Below, one piece after another: positions 27,857 to 35,202 of a stretch of DNA of 36,628 bases (its first letter is position 1; every line of letters begins with the position of its first letter). The notes beneath the pieces are model-generated. The model saw only the letters and a program-made list of their open reading frames with translations, was not told where the DNA came from and searched no databases. The DNA is from a virus. Lineage: Duplodnaviria; Caudoviricetes. The position numbers and the translations under genes were made by a program. The stretch spans positions 1 through 36,628 of IMG/VR virus record IMGVR_UViG_3300033569_000053; one strand, given 5' to 3'.

Positions 27857-29119
27857 TTACTTGTTTTCGAGTTTTGCCATCATCGCACGCTTTTCACGAT
27901 CAGCGCTGGTGAGGTATTTATCCGCATCGTTCACCACCGGGTCTTTGGCAGCTGCGGGATCCGGTTTTACATTGGCCGGCTGGCCTCCCATCTTCACCAC
28001 TTGGGCGCTCAGCTCCTGTATCTCAGCCTGGAGCCTTGCGTTGGTTTGTTCATGATCGGTAACAGTTGCCTGGATGGTGTTGAGCTCGTTATTGGCTGTG
28101 GCCAGCTGGTTCACATGATCATCCAACTGGGCCTGCAGGTTGCTGGCTTCGGTTTGTGCTGCCGTTAAAGCGGCTTCAACATTGTTCAGGTGCTCTTCGG
28201 TAAGGGCAAAGCCTACGTTATCAACCAGCTCAAAGGCTGGTGCCTTTGCGGCGGCGAGGGTAAGTGCGAATGCTGTTGCGTTTGTCTGCATCTGTTTTTG
28301 TTTTGTGGCTGCCAGGCTTTTGGCTCTTTTAATGGCCGTATCCAGGTTGCCTATTTTATCAACAAGGCCATACTTGATGGCGTCTTTTGCCATGTAAATT
28401 TTACCGGTGAGTACGTTCTCCTTTGCCAGGTCGATCTTGCCGTTGCGATTTGCCATTACGGTTGAGGTAAAGGCATCGTTAACCGGGTCGAGCATTGTGG
28501 TGATCAGCTCCGTGTAATTGCCGGATTCGCTGGCTTTGCTCAGCATCCGGTTCTTATCCGTGCTTTGCGTGGCGTAGGCCGTGTGGATCTTGACGCCTCT
28601 TTGCTTGTAGGCTTCAGTGAAATCGGCCCACTGCATCATGGTTCCAATGCTGCCCACCATATCATGCGGAGAGGATGCGACCACTTCGGTGGAGCTGCTG
28701 CCGATCCAGATGGCGGCGCTGGCCATCATGCCATCAACAAATGTTACCACCGGCTTTGTGCTGGCTTTAACCGCATCGGCGAAAGCCTTGGTGCCATCTA
28801 CCGTGCCGCCCGGACTGTCGATCTGCAGAACAATGGCTTCGATGTTAGGATCGCTGATAGCCTGTTTAAGGCTCTCGATCATATTCGATGTACCAGGTGA
28901 TCCGCAGTTCTCGTACTTCATCAGCGGACCGTTGACCGGCAGAACAAAGACGCCATCCTTGGTAAAAGGAACCGCTTCTTCAACTGCCCAGCCCCCGACA
29001 GGAGTTGCTACTGAATTGGGATGTAAAAGATCTAACGCGATCAAGGCCAACCGCTCGGCGGAGGATGGTTCAATAAGCCATGGTTTGTTGATGGCTTGTA
29101 TGAGTTTCCGGTTGATCAC
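27857..29119 (-). CDS. S49 (SppA/ClpP-like) prohead protease with a C-terminal scaffold-like coiled coil
   Basis: IDSPGG, MASAAIWI, VGSIG, GLVD. In-frame GTG at 29119, 4 nt after the late-promoter -7 box, gives 420 aa. Confidence 0.88.
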   Translation of the reverse strand: MINRKLIQAINKPWLIEPSSAERLALIALDLLHPNSVATPVGGWAVEEAVPFTKDGVFVLPVNGPLMKYENCGSPGTSNMIESLKQAISDPNIEAIVLQIDSPGGTVDGTKAFADAVKASTKPVVTFVDGMMASAAIWIGSSSTEVVASSPHDMVGSIGTMMQWADFTEAYKQRGVKIHTAYATQSTDKNRMLSKASESGNYTELITTMLDPVNDAFTSTVMANRNGKIDLAKENVLTGKIYMAKDAIKYGLVDKIGNLDTAIKRAKSLAATKQKQMQTNATAFALTLAAAKAPAFELVDNVGFALTEEHLNNVEAALTAAQTEASNLQAQLDDHVNQLATANNELNTIQATVTDHEQTNARLQAEIQELSAQVVKMGGQPANVKPDPAAAKDPVVNDADKYLTSADREKRAMMAKLENK

Positions 29120-29123
29120 GATA

Positions 29124-29164
29124 CAAACATATTTTGACGCAACCGCAGCAGAAAGGACAAGAAA
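29124..29164 (-). promoter_or_regulatory. Phage late-promoter motif, copy 2 (head operon)
   Basis: TTTCTTGTCCTTT-N20-TATGTTTG. Confidence 0.75.
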
Positions 29165-29175
29165 ATGCATGCAGC

Positions 29176-29200
29176 AAAAAGCCCCTGTAGATACAGGGGC
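29176..29200 (-). terminator. Intrinsic terminator after the endolysin gene
   Basis: GCCCCTGT-ATCT-ACAGGGGC followed by TTTTT on the minus strand. Confidence 0.75.
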
Positions 29201-29225
29201 CGGCGTGCAGGATGTAAAAGACCCC

Positions 29226-29777
29226 TTATAGATCCATGAGAAAAATATCGTAGTATTCTTTGATCTTGTAGGTACAGTCGAGGCCGTTGATGATCCTGCG
29301 GGCATTGATGGGATCCTTGATCTCGGTATTGAGGTAATGGCCAAGCTTACGGCCTGTGTATAGCCCGGTAGTCATGGCGTAGATGGTGGCCCAGGCAGAT
29401 GGTTCTGGTTGCAATAGTAATTCCGGGTTGTTCACAAAGTCCCATCCACGGTTATTGGCCTTGGTTAGTTTCTCGTAATTGTCGATCCATGTATTTTGAG
29501 TGTACCCACGGCCATAGAATATCTTATCGGGATCTGTGTATGGCTTGCCGTTGTAGCGGACTTTATGCCCGTAATTGCGATTGCGCCCCTTGCCAAATTC
29601 TTCAATGGGCTGCATGGTGGCTGCGGTTTCATGGTAAGCTGTCGCCAGCACATAGGCCAGCGCTTCTTTGGTCAGCGAAGATCCGGCGGCCACCAGTGTA
29701 TCGATGCCTTGCCTTTGGCTATCGGTCATTTTGCCTTTGAAGAGATGAGCGTTGGCGTTATCGTAATTTCTTTGCAT
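29226..29777 (-). CDS. Endolysin, GH19/lysozyme-like
   Basis: AYVLATAYHET, PIEE, FYGRGYTQNT, ARRIING. Confidence 0.85.
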   Translation of the reverse strand: MQRNYDNANAHLFKGKMTDSQRQGIDTLVAAGSSLTKEALAYVLATAYHETAATMQPIEEFGKGRNRNYGHKVRYNGKPYTDPDKIFYGRGYTQNTWIDNYEKLTKANNRGWDFVNNPELLLQPEPSAWATIYAMTTGLYTGRKLGHYLNTEIKDPINARRIINGLDCTYKIKEYYDIFLMDL

Positions 29778-29779
29778 AA

Positions 29780-30379
29780 TTATTTAATGGCTGTTTTAAG
29801 AATGAATAAGACTGCAGCAACCGCGGCGCCCTTCCAGATGATATTGCCGAGCTTCTTTCTTCGCAGTTGCTTTTTAAGTTGGCTATTATAATCGGCGAGT
29901 ATGGTTTGCTGATCCATTGCGGTATTGAAGGAGGAACGCAGCTGACTATATAAGGTATCTTTCTGTGCCAGCATTGCATCTTTCAGGGATAGTTGCTTTT
30001 CATGGGATGCGATAAGGCGGTTGCAAATGGTATCCCGTTCCCGGCTGTTGGTGATATAATCCTGTATAGGCGGGCAAGGCTCTGTACTATCCTTTGGCCA
30101 GTTATTGATGATATCTTCCATTTGCCTGGCGGTGAGCTGCGCCTGTGAAAGCTTTTGTTTCAGCTGGCTGCTGGTCTGTGCCTGGATGGTGAGGATCTTC
30201 TGCAGGCTATCAATCACTTTCTTGCCGGCCTCTTCATTTTTTTCTACCTGCTTAACCTGTTCCTTTACCGGGATAACCACCGGTGCAGGTGGCAATGGAC
30301 TGTTGCACGAGCTGCGCAGGATCAGGACGGCAATAGCGCCGGCCAGCAAAATGATGATATAGTTGCGCCAGTTTTTCAT
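29780..30379 (-). CDS. Spanin-like coiled-coil membrane protein
   Basis: ATG at 30379 (MKNWRNYIIILLAGAIAVLILRSSC), Pro-rich linker, long coiled coil and C-terminal hydrophobic helix; adjacent to the endolysin. Confidence 0.55.
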   Translation of the reverse strand: MKNWRNYIIILLAGAIAVLILRSSCNSPLPPAPVVIPVKEQVKQVEKNEEAGKKVIDSLQKILTIQAQTSSQLKQKLSQAQLTARQMEDIINNWPKDSTEPCPPIQDYITNSRERDTICNRLIASHEKQLSLKDAMLAQKDTLYSQLRSSFNTAMDQQTILADYNSQLKKQLRRKKLGNIIWKGAAVAAVLFILKTAIK

Positions 30380-30498
30380 GCGGCGAAATGTGCGAAGATG
30401 CAGGCGATAGCAATGCCGATCAGCAGCAAGATGATAATGTGCTTCCACTTGAATTTCGGGCCCTTATCCCGGTTCAATCGATAAGTATTCTGGATCAT
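30376..30498 (-). CDS. Small (40 aa) single-TM protein in the lysis cassette (not in the ORF track)
   Basis: MIQNTYRLNRDKGPKFKWKHIIILLLIGIAIACIFAHFAA*; ATGA overlaps at both ends. Confidence 0.6.
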   Translation of the reverse strand: MIQNTYRLNRDKGPKFKWKHIIILLLIGIAIACIFAHFAA

Positions 30499-30761
30499 GT
30501 CTTTGGCGTTTCGTCTTTATCTTCTGGCTTCCCGCCACGGATAAGAGATACCACCTGCGCAACGGTGGCCACCCCGCTCATCACCAGGACAAAGATCATT
30601 GTACTGTTAATGATGGCCTGGCGCTCATTGGCGGCTCTTGCATGAACAACGGAGTAAATAATACCCCATCCGAGAATGGCCGCGATGGTAACGGCTATCA
30701 CGCGTTTATGGGATATTTTGCCTCCTTCCATGAGCATTGATGTTAAGAAGTTTTCTTTCAT
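30495..30761 (-). CDS. Holin-like protein (2 TM)
   Basis: 88 aa with two hydrophobic helices and a charged C-terminus, in the lysis cassette. Confidence 0.6.
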   Translation of the reverse strand: MKENFLTSMLMEGGKISHKRVIAVTIAAILGWGIIYSVVHARAANERQAIINSTMIFVLVMSGVATVAQVVSLIRGGKPEDKDETPKT

Positions 30762-30767
30762 GATTTA

Positions 30768-31043
30768 TTATTTACGGTCCTGCTTATTCTGCAGGGATAT
30801 TTTGATCTCGTTCTGCCCGTCGTTCAGCTTGTCCAGCTTGATACCGATCTCCCGGAAACTGGCCTTGGTTTCTGTATAGTTGCTTTCCTGCACGCTTTTG
30901 TTCATTTCCAATGCAGATAACCTTACGTTGGTATTGATCCAGAAACTGGCGATTGCGCCAACAACGGTGAGGCATGCGGCGATAAGTTCCCCTAATGTGA
31001 TGCTGCGTTTTAACATTGTTACTGTCGTTGATTTTTTATCCAA
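30768..31043 (-). CDS. Single-TM plus coiled-coil protein (holin/antiholin-like)
   Basis: LGELIAACLTVVGAIASFWI then a heptad-rich tail. The annotated start is TTG and the true start is uncertain. Confidence 0.55.
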   Translation of the reverse strand: MDKKSTTVTMLKRSITLGELIAACLTVVGAIASFWINTNVRLSALEMNKSVQESNYTETKASFREIGIKLDKLNDGQNEIKISLQNKQDRK

Positions 31044-31058
31044 GTATGATGTCGTTAA

Positions 31059-31343
31059 TCATTTTACAATTTGCTTAACTGTATGCCCCTTGTCGATTAA
31101 ATCAAGTACCCGGTTAACTGCCATGCCAGTCTTTGTCAACGTTCCCGCCTGAAGATTCCTGCCGATGACTGAACTGATCCATTCCCGTTGACCGCCGAAC
31201 TTGTGAACGCTTGTCTTTTTTATTAACAGGCGATTGAATAGATCCTCAAACATCACGTTGCAGAAAATATCAACCATGGTCATGGTCCGCTTGAATTTGA
31301 GCAGGAACATGGTCAGGAATACTATTTTAAAAATGAGTATCAT
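31059..31343 (-). CDS. Hypothetical protein
   Basis: FGGQREWISSVIGRN...LDLIDKGH pattern; ATGA-coupled to the upstream small ORF. Confidence 0.55.
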   Translation of the reverse strand: MILIFKIVFLTMFLLKFKRTMTMVDIFCNVMFEDLFNRLLIKKTSVHKFGGQREWISSVIGRNLQAGTLTKTGMAVNRVLDLIDKGHTVKQIVK

Positions 31344-31501
31344 TTGTTTGTTCCATCGTATTTATCCGTGCTGAACCTCGGCTCATCGAAGTCGCTGAAA
31401 AATGGTCTGCCGGTTGCTAATGTCCAAAGGCAAAGGCTGATGAGCAGTATCAGCTGAAATGGCGCAAGGGCGGTATATTTAATCAAATATTTAATATTCA
31501 T
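31340..31501 (-). CDS. Small hydrophobic protein (53 aa; not in the ORF track)
   Basis: MNIKYLIKYTALAPFQLILLISLCLWTLATGRPFFSDFDEPRFSTDKYDGTNK*. Confidence 0.45.
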   Translation of the reverse strand: MNIKYLIKYTALAPFQLILLISLCLWTLATGRPFFSDFDEPRFSTDKYDGTNK

Positions 31502-31664
31502 TATCGAATACCATTTCCCAGTCTTGACCCAAAACGATTTTTATTAATTCGGCTTCCTGCGATTCCCAGCGACCTCTTTCTGATCCATCCGACGTGGTTT
31601 CTGTTTTCCCATTCTCATAAGACTTCAACCAATCACCTGTTGATGTTTGTTTAATGTTATACAT
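31491..31664 (-). CDS. Small hypothetical protein (57 aa; not in the ORF track)
   Basis: MYNIKQTSTGDWLKSYENGKTETTSDGSERGRWESQEAELIKIVLGQDWEMVFDNEY*; fills a gap in the operon. Confidence 0.45.
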   Translation of the reverse strand: MYNIKQTSTGDWLKSYENGKTETTSDGSERGRWESQEAELIKIVLGQDWEMVFDNEY

Positions 31665-31689
31665 CTTATATTTCGTTTAAGTGTTTACC

Positions 31690-32352
31690 TTAATCCTCAT
31701 AAATATGAAATTGAAATGAAACGCCCATCCGGAATGTTGTTCCGTTTACCCATGCCAGGTTTGTTACAACGACAGCAGAATCGTGGTTTTCTCCGGTGCC
31801 ACCTTCTACCCAGGTATTCGGTTTACTTGTTGTGCCTGAAGCCCTTTTCCTGTTTTCATACCAAACCGTAAATGGCAATGATATGACTAAAAGTATTCCT
31901 TCCAAAGCCGCTCCTTCAATATTAGCAACTTCTACATCAATCAATCCTGTAACAGAAGCAAAATTTCCGGTCCGCATAAAAATAAAGTCGGCGGCTGGTG
32001 CAACGCTTACAAACCTGCTCCCATCAAGTGGCGTAATTGTTGGAGTATAAAAATCTTCTTGGGTTGGTTCCGCAGACCCACCTGCGTCAGGAAAAACCGC
32101 AGCCAGCTTGGTATCGAAGTCTTCTCCGTCACTTACTTCTTCGCCGGCGATGGTTACATTTTCCAGCGGAAGATCATTGAAGAATACGTTCCCGCTGAGA
32201 TTAACGCTTACCGTATCGTTATCTGTATCGTATTTCAACCCTTCGCGGAAGTTGGCGATGGATGGATAGTGTATTCCATTGTTACCTGGCTCTCCGGTAA
32301 CTGTGATCTTCGCGAGGGAGCCTGATTTATTGATGTCTATGGATGCGGCCAT
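31690..32352 (-). CDS. Putative tail-fibre/receptor-binding-like beta-rich protein
   Basis: Two domains joined by GGSAEP; C-terminal YTPTIT...MRTGNFASVTG...ISLPF pattern as seen in fibre tip domains. Confidence 0.45.
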   Translation of the reverse strand: MAASIDINKSGSLAKITVTGEPGNNGIHYPSIANFREGLKYDTDNDTVSVNLSGNVFFNDLPLENVTIAGEEVSDGEDFDTKLAAVFPDAGGSAEPTQEDFYTPTITPLDGSRFVSVAPAADFIFMRTGNFASVTGLIDVEVANIEGAALEGILLVISLPFTVWYENRKRASGTTSKPNTWVEGGTGENHDSAVVVTNLAWVNGTTFRMGVSFQFHIYED

Positions 32353-32364
32353 GGTATGGTGGTT

Positions 32365-32997
32365 TTAATTGTAAACTCGTAATTCAAGAAGCTTGTTATC
32401 CAATACTTCCTCGATGGGGTTATTGCTGTCATCGAGGATGATCATTTCCATGTAGGATGAACTGATCCGGTACAGGTAGATGGAATAAAACTGGTCTCCC
32501 CCGATATTCTTATACCGCGTTTGATCCTGCAGGGATACAGTTTTACCATCGGTAAAGGCGCCCAGCTGAGCCACCCGGTAAACGCCGGCTGAGATCCTTG
32601 ACCATACCATGCCGCCCGGGAATGTATTTTCAAGTACTACGGCGGTTGGTTCCGATGTGCCGGTTTGGGTAAGTAATGCGGTATAAACCTTGTATGGCCT
32701 TGCATCCACGGCCACCGAAAGGGTATCGTGCGTGGCACGGGATAATTTCAGGTATCCCGAACTTACCCAGGCGCTGTCAATGGCCCAGGCAAAGCGGGTG
32801 CGCCCATCGTTGAAGTTTTGCAGGAAGGCGCCGGTGCGGCTGCGGGTGCTGTTCTTGATGCGCAGCTGTGTATTGTTGCCGGTATTATGGCTGGTGAGTT
32901 CGATGCTGTCGACCGCAATGGTATAGGGCCGGGTTTGCGCCATGCCGGCGATCACCAGGAAGAGACCAAAGATGAGTAGTAAGAGTGTCTTTTTCAT
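32365..32997 (-). CDS. Signal-peptide-bearing protein with a tail-fibre-like C-terminal domain
   Basis: MKKTLLLLIFGLFLVIAGMA|Q; C-terminal YKVYTALLTQTGTSEPTAVVLENT...WSRISAGVY...LELRVYN. Confidence 0.65.
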   Translation of the reverse strand: MKKTLLLLIFGLFLVIAGMAQTRPYTIAVDSIELTSHNTGNNTQLRIKNSTRSRTGAFLQNFNDGRTRFAWAIDSAWVSSGYLKLSRATHDTLSVAVDARPYKVYTALLTQTGTSEPTAVVLENTFPGGMVWSRISAGVYRVAQLGAFTDGKTVSLQDQTRYKNIGGDQFYSIYLYRISSSYMEMIILDDSNNPIEEVLDNKLLELRVYN

Positions 32998-33239
32998 TAC
33001 ATGATCATTATAAACCCGCTGACCGGGCCACCAAAAGCAAAGTGCATCTGCGTGAACAGTGGCGGCGGTGCATCGATCGTTGGCGCTATCGCCGTCTTAT
33101 CGTACACATCCGCATCGGGCCTTGCCAAGTAAACCTCCACTTCGGGGAAGGCACCGAACCGGGCCGTCATTTCCGGCGTCCAGGTGATGGTCTTCTCCGT
33201 TACCCCGGCGAACAGTATCACTTTTTTATCAGTCATCAC
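32997..33239 (-). CDS. Stand-alone duplicate of the C-terminal domain of 33236..34042
   Basis: Shares WTP...ARFGAFPEVEVYL...D.PPP.FT.M.F.F.G...GFI with the upstream gene's C-terminus. Confidence 0.75.
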   Translation of the reverse strand: MMTDKKVILFAGVTEKTITWTPEMTARFGAFPEVEVYLARPDADVYDKTAIAPTIDAPPPLFTQMHFAFGGPVSGFIMIM

Positions 33240-34042
33240 TTGATCAGGATAAAGCCGGTTTCATCGCCGCTGAAATTGAAATACATCGTTGTGAACCCGG
33301 GCGGCGGATTATCTACATAAGGCTGTACTGCTGCCTTATAATAGGTATCCGTATCATCCTTCAGGTAAACCTCCACTTCAGGGAAAGCCCCGAAGCGTGC
33401 CTGCCTGGTAGGCGTCCAGCTCACGGTGAAGCTGCTTACATCGGCAAAGGAGATGATCTCCGTTTCATTGCCGGTGGCGCCGCCACCACCTCCACCGCCA
33501 TCACATGGATGCACATACCCGCTTTCATCGCCCTGGAACTCCGGGATCACCAGCGCCTTAAAGTTGCTTTCGCCGGTAAAGGCCAGTTTATTCTTGGCGT
33601 TCTCGTTGGCCCCGGGGCCGGTGGTGAATTCGCTGTCGAAGTCCATTGGGCTGTCCATGCTGCCCAGCAGGATGTAAAAGCCACCGGCGCGGAGCTTGGC
33701 CACCACCAGGTACTGGCCATAAGCCATATTCTCCAGGTTCACCCTCTGCTGCGGCACATCGCCTGGAGACTGTGCGGCCACCTTTTGCTTGTAAAAAGGC
33801 ATGCCGGCAAAGCTGTCCTGCGTTTCGGTGAATCCCAGCTGCGCATCGGGCACCGGTACCGGGCCCCGCCATACTTTGTCGGCCTTCAGCTCGGGCTCGG
33901 CAAACAGGTATTGCGTTTCCGGGTTGATGGCCGGGATATGATCCACCTCATCGATCGGTATGTACCAGAACTTACAAATGCCTCCCAGGTACGGTACACC
34001 TTTATACAGGTTCTTGATTCCGGTGTACGCGGTCTGGAGCAT
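33236..34042 (-). CDS. Tail-tube-like structural protein plus a C-terminal accessory domain (first late gene)
   Basis: The N-terminal LGGI...WYIP...YILLG pattern parallels the major tail protein; Gly linker GGGGGGATG. Confidence 0.6.
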   Translation of the reverse strand: MLQTAYTGIKNLYKGVPYLGGICKFWYIPIDEVDHIPAINPETQYLFAEPELKADKVWRGPVPVPDAQLGFTETQDSFAGMPFYKQKVAAQSPGDVPQQRVNLENMAYGQYLVVAKLRAGGFYILLGSMDSPMDFDSEFTTGPGANENAKNKLAFTGESNFKALVIPEFQGDESGYVHPCDGGGGGGGATGNETEIISFADVSSFTVSWTPTRQARFGAFPEVEVYLKDDTDTYYKAAVQPYVDNPPPGFTTMYFNFSGDETGFILIK

Positions 34043-34046
34043 GTTG

Positions 34047-34087
34047 TAAAAGTATTTTGGTGAAGGCGCTGGAGAAAGGACAAGAAA
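34047..34087 (-). promoter_or_regulatory. Phage late-promoter motif, copy 1
   Basis: TTTCTTGTCCTTT-N20-TACTTTTA, with ATG 4 nt downstream. Confidence 0.75.
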
Positions 34088-34151
34088 GTGAGGGGGATGC
34101 GGAGAGAAAAAGCGGGAAGCTTTTGGCAGAACAGGGGCGAAAGTGCTGATA

Positions 34152-34664
34152 TCAGAAGCCTGAAATTCGGGAGGACACTTGTGCCATATCTTTTTTCAGG
34201 AATTTTTCATTGCGTTTTCGTCGCCGGTATTCGCTTTTGCTGAGGGCATCGAAAGTAATATCAACATCGATCTCGATATCGTACTTTATGCAGAAGTGCT
34301 CAATGGCTTCCTTGCGTTCCCGGCCAACTACCTGGTAAGCTTCGCAGAAATTGTGCAGGTGCTCGCTGAGCTGGTTCTCGAACATATTGTTGAGGATAAC
34401 GCTTTTGTCTTCCGGGATGTCGATGCCTGCCCGGTAAAGCAGATCCTTTGGCACCAGCAGGCGGATCTTATCGGTGAGCAGGTTGTACCGTACCTGGGTG
34501 TCTTTTTTGAAGCGTTGCTTCTCAGACCCTTTTTTCTGCAGCAGGCAGTACACATTCATGCCTACAAATGTTTTGAAGCTGACCACGATCACCTGCCCGT
34601 AGATGGCGTGAATGTATTTTTTGATGTAGGGCTTAACCGGAATGGAGATGGGGATGTATTTCAT
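34152..34664 (-). CDS. Hypothetical DNA-binding protein; candidate late-gene activator
   Basis: Last early gene before the first late promoter; basic, N-terminal ISIPVKPYIKKYI (ribbon-helix-like), C-terminal EAIEHFCIKYDI...FDALSKSEYRRR. Confidence 0.5.
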   Translation of the reverse strand: MKYIPISIPVKPYIKKYIHAIYGQVIVVSFKTFVGMNVYCLLQKKGSEKQRFKKDTQVRYNLLTDKIRLLVPKDLLYRAGIDIPEDKSVILNNMFENQLSEHLHNFCEAYQVVGRERKEAIEHFCIKYDIEIDVDITFDALSKSEYRRRKRNEKFLKKDMAQVSSRISGF

Positions 34665-34676
34665 GCTTGAATGGGT

Positions 34677-34889
34677 TTATTCTTCGGGGTTAATGACTTT
34701 GTGCTTGTTGATCCAGGCATCGGCTTTTTCTTCCCAGCGGCGCATTTGTTTCCGGTTTTCGGATCCGAAATGAAGTTGCCACTTTTTTGTGGTGGTGCGA
34801 AGGCCCGCAATTAATGCGGCGGCTTCTTTCAGCTCTTCTTTTACCTCGGCCTCGGTTTCTGCTTTTATGTGGATGTGGTAGGTGCGCAT
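34677..34889 (-). CDS. Hypothetical protein
   Basis: ATG at 34889 (MRTYHIH), 70 aa. Confidence 0.55.
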   Translation of the reverse strand: MRTYHIHIKAETEAEVKEELKEAAALIAGLRTTTKKWQLHFGSENRKQMRRWEEKADAWINKHKVINPEE

Positions 34890-34899
34890 GATGGATGAT

Positions 34900-35202
34900 T
34901 TAAGTGAACTCGTATCGCTCGTTATTTTCAATGATGGTGGTGGAGAATGGGTAGCGATCTTCAGGAACCTTAGAGATCATTTCCTGCAGATTCACAGATC
35001 CGGTAAATACCACATGATGCACATCGTTTAGCAGGATCTGCAGGTAGAGGCATTTACCATTGCCTTTCTCGCAATATTTTGAAGCGGCTATTTTATAAGC
35101 CAGTACCTGGATGGGTTTGTTCAGGATCTTATTGACCTTGATCTTATCACCGATGAAAGCCTTGGTTTCGGCGGTGATACCGAAATCTTTAAATTGGTGC
35201 AT
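34900..35202 (-). CDS. RT-coupled small beta-rich protein (100 aa); candidate DGR accessory protein
   Basis: ATG at 35202 overlaps the RT 3' end by 14 nt; MHQFKDFGI...FIGDKIKVNKILNK...VVFTGS...YPFSTTII...YEFT. Confidence 0.7.
   Translation of the reverse strand: MHQFKDFGITAETKAFIGDKIKVNKILNKPIQVLAYKIAASKYCEKGNGKCLYLQILLNDVHHVVFTGSVNLQEMISKVPEDRYPFSTTIIENNERYEFT

Noticed and set aside
29120-29344. N-terminal extension of the 495-aa S49 ORF
   Set aside because: It overlaps the endolysin gene, a terminator and the late promoter. The GTG at 29119 fits better.
31383-31399. 17-nt exact match (TCATCGAAGTCGCTGAA) to VR-A 903-919 as a remote fourth DGR target
   Set aside because: The flanks do not match the invariant TR ends (GGCTCGGGCCTGTCG / GTCGGCTCCC). 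A single 17-mer match within a 36-kb genome is plausible by chance.
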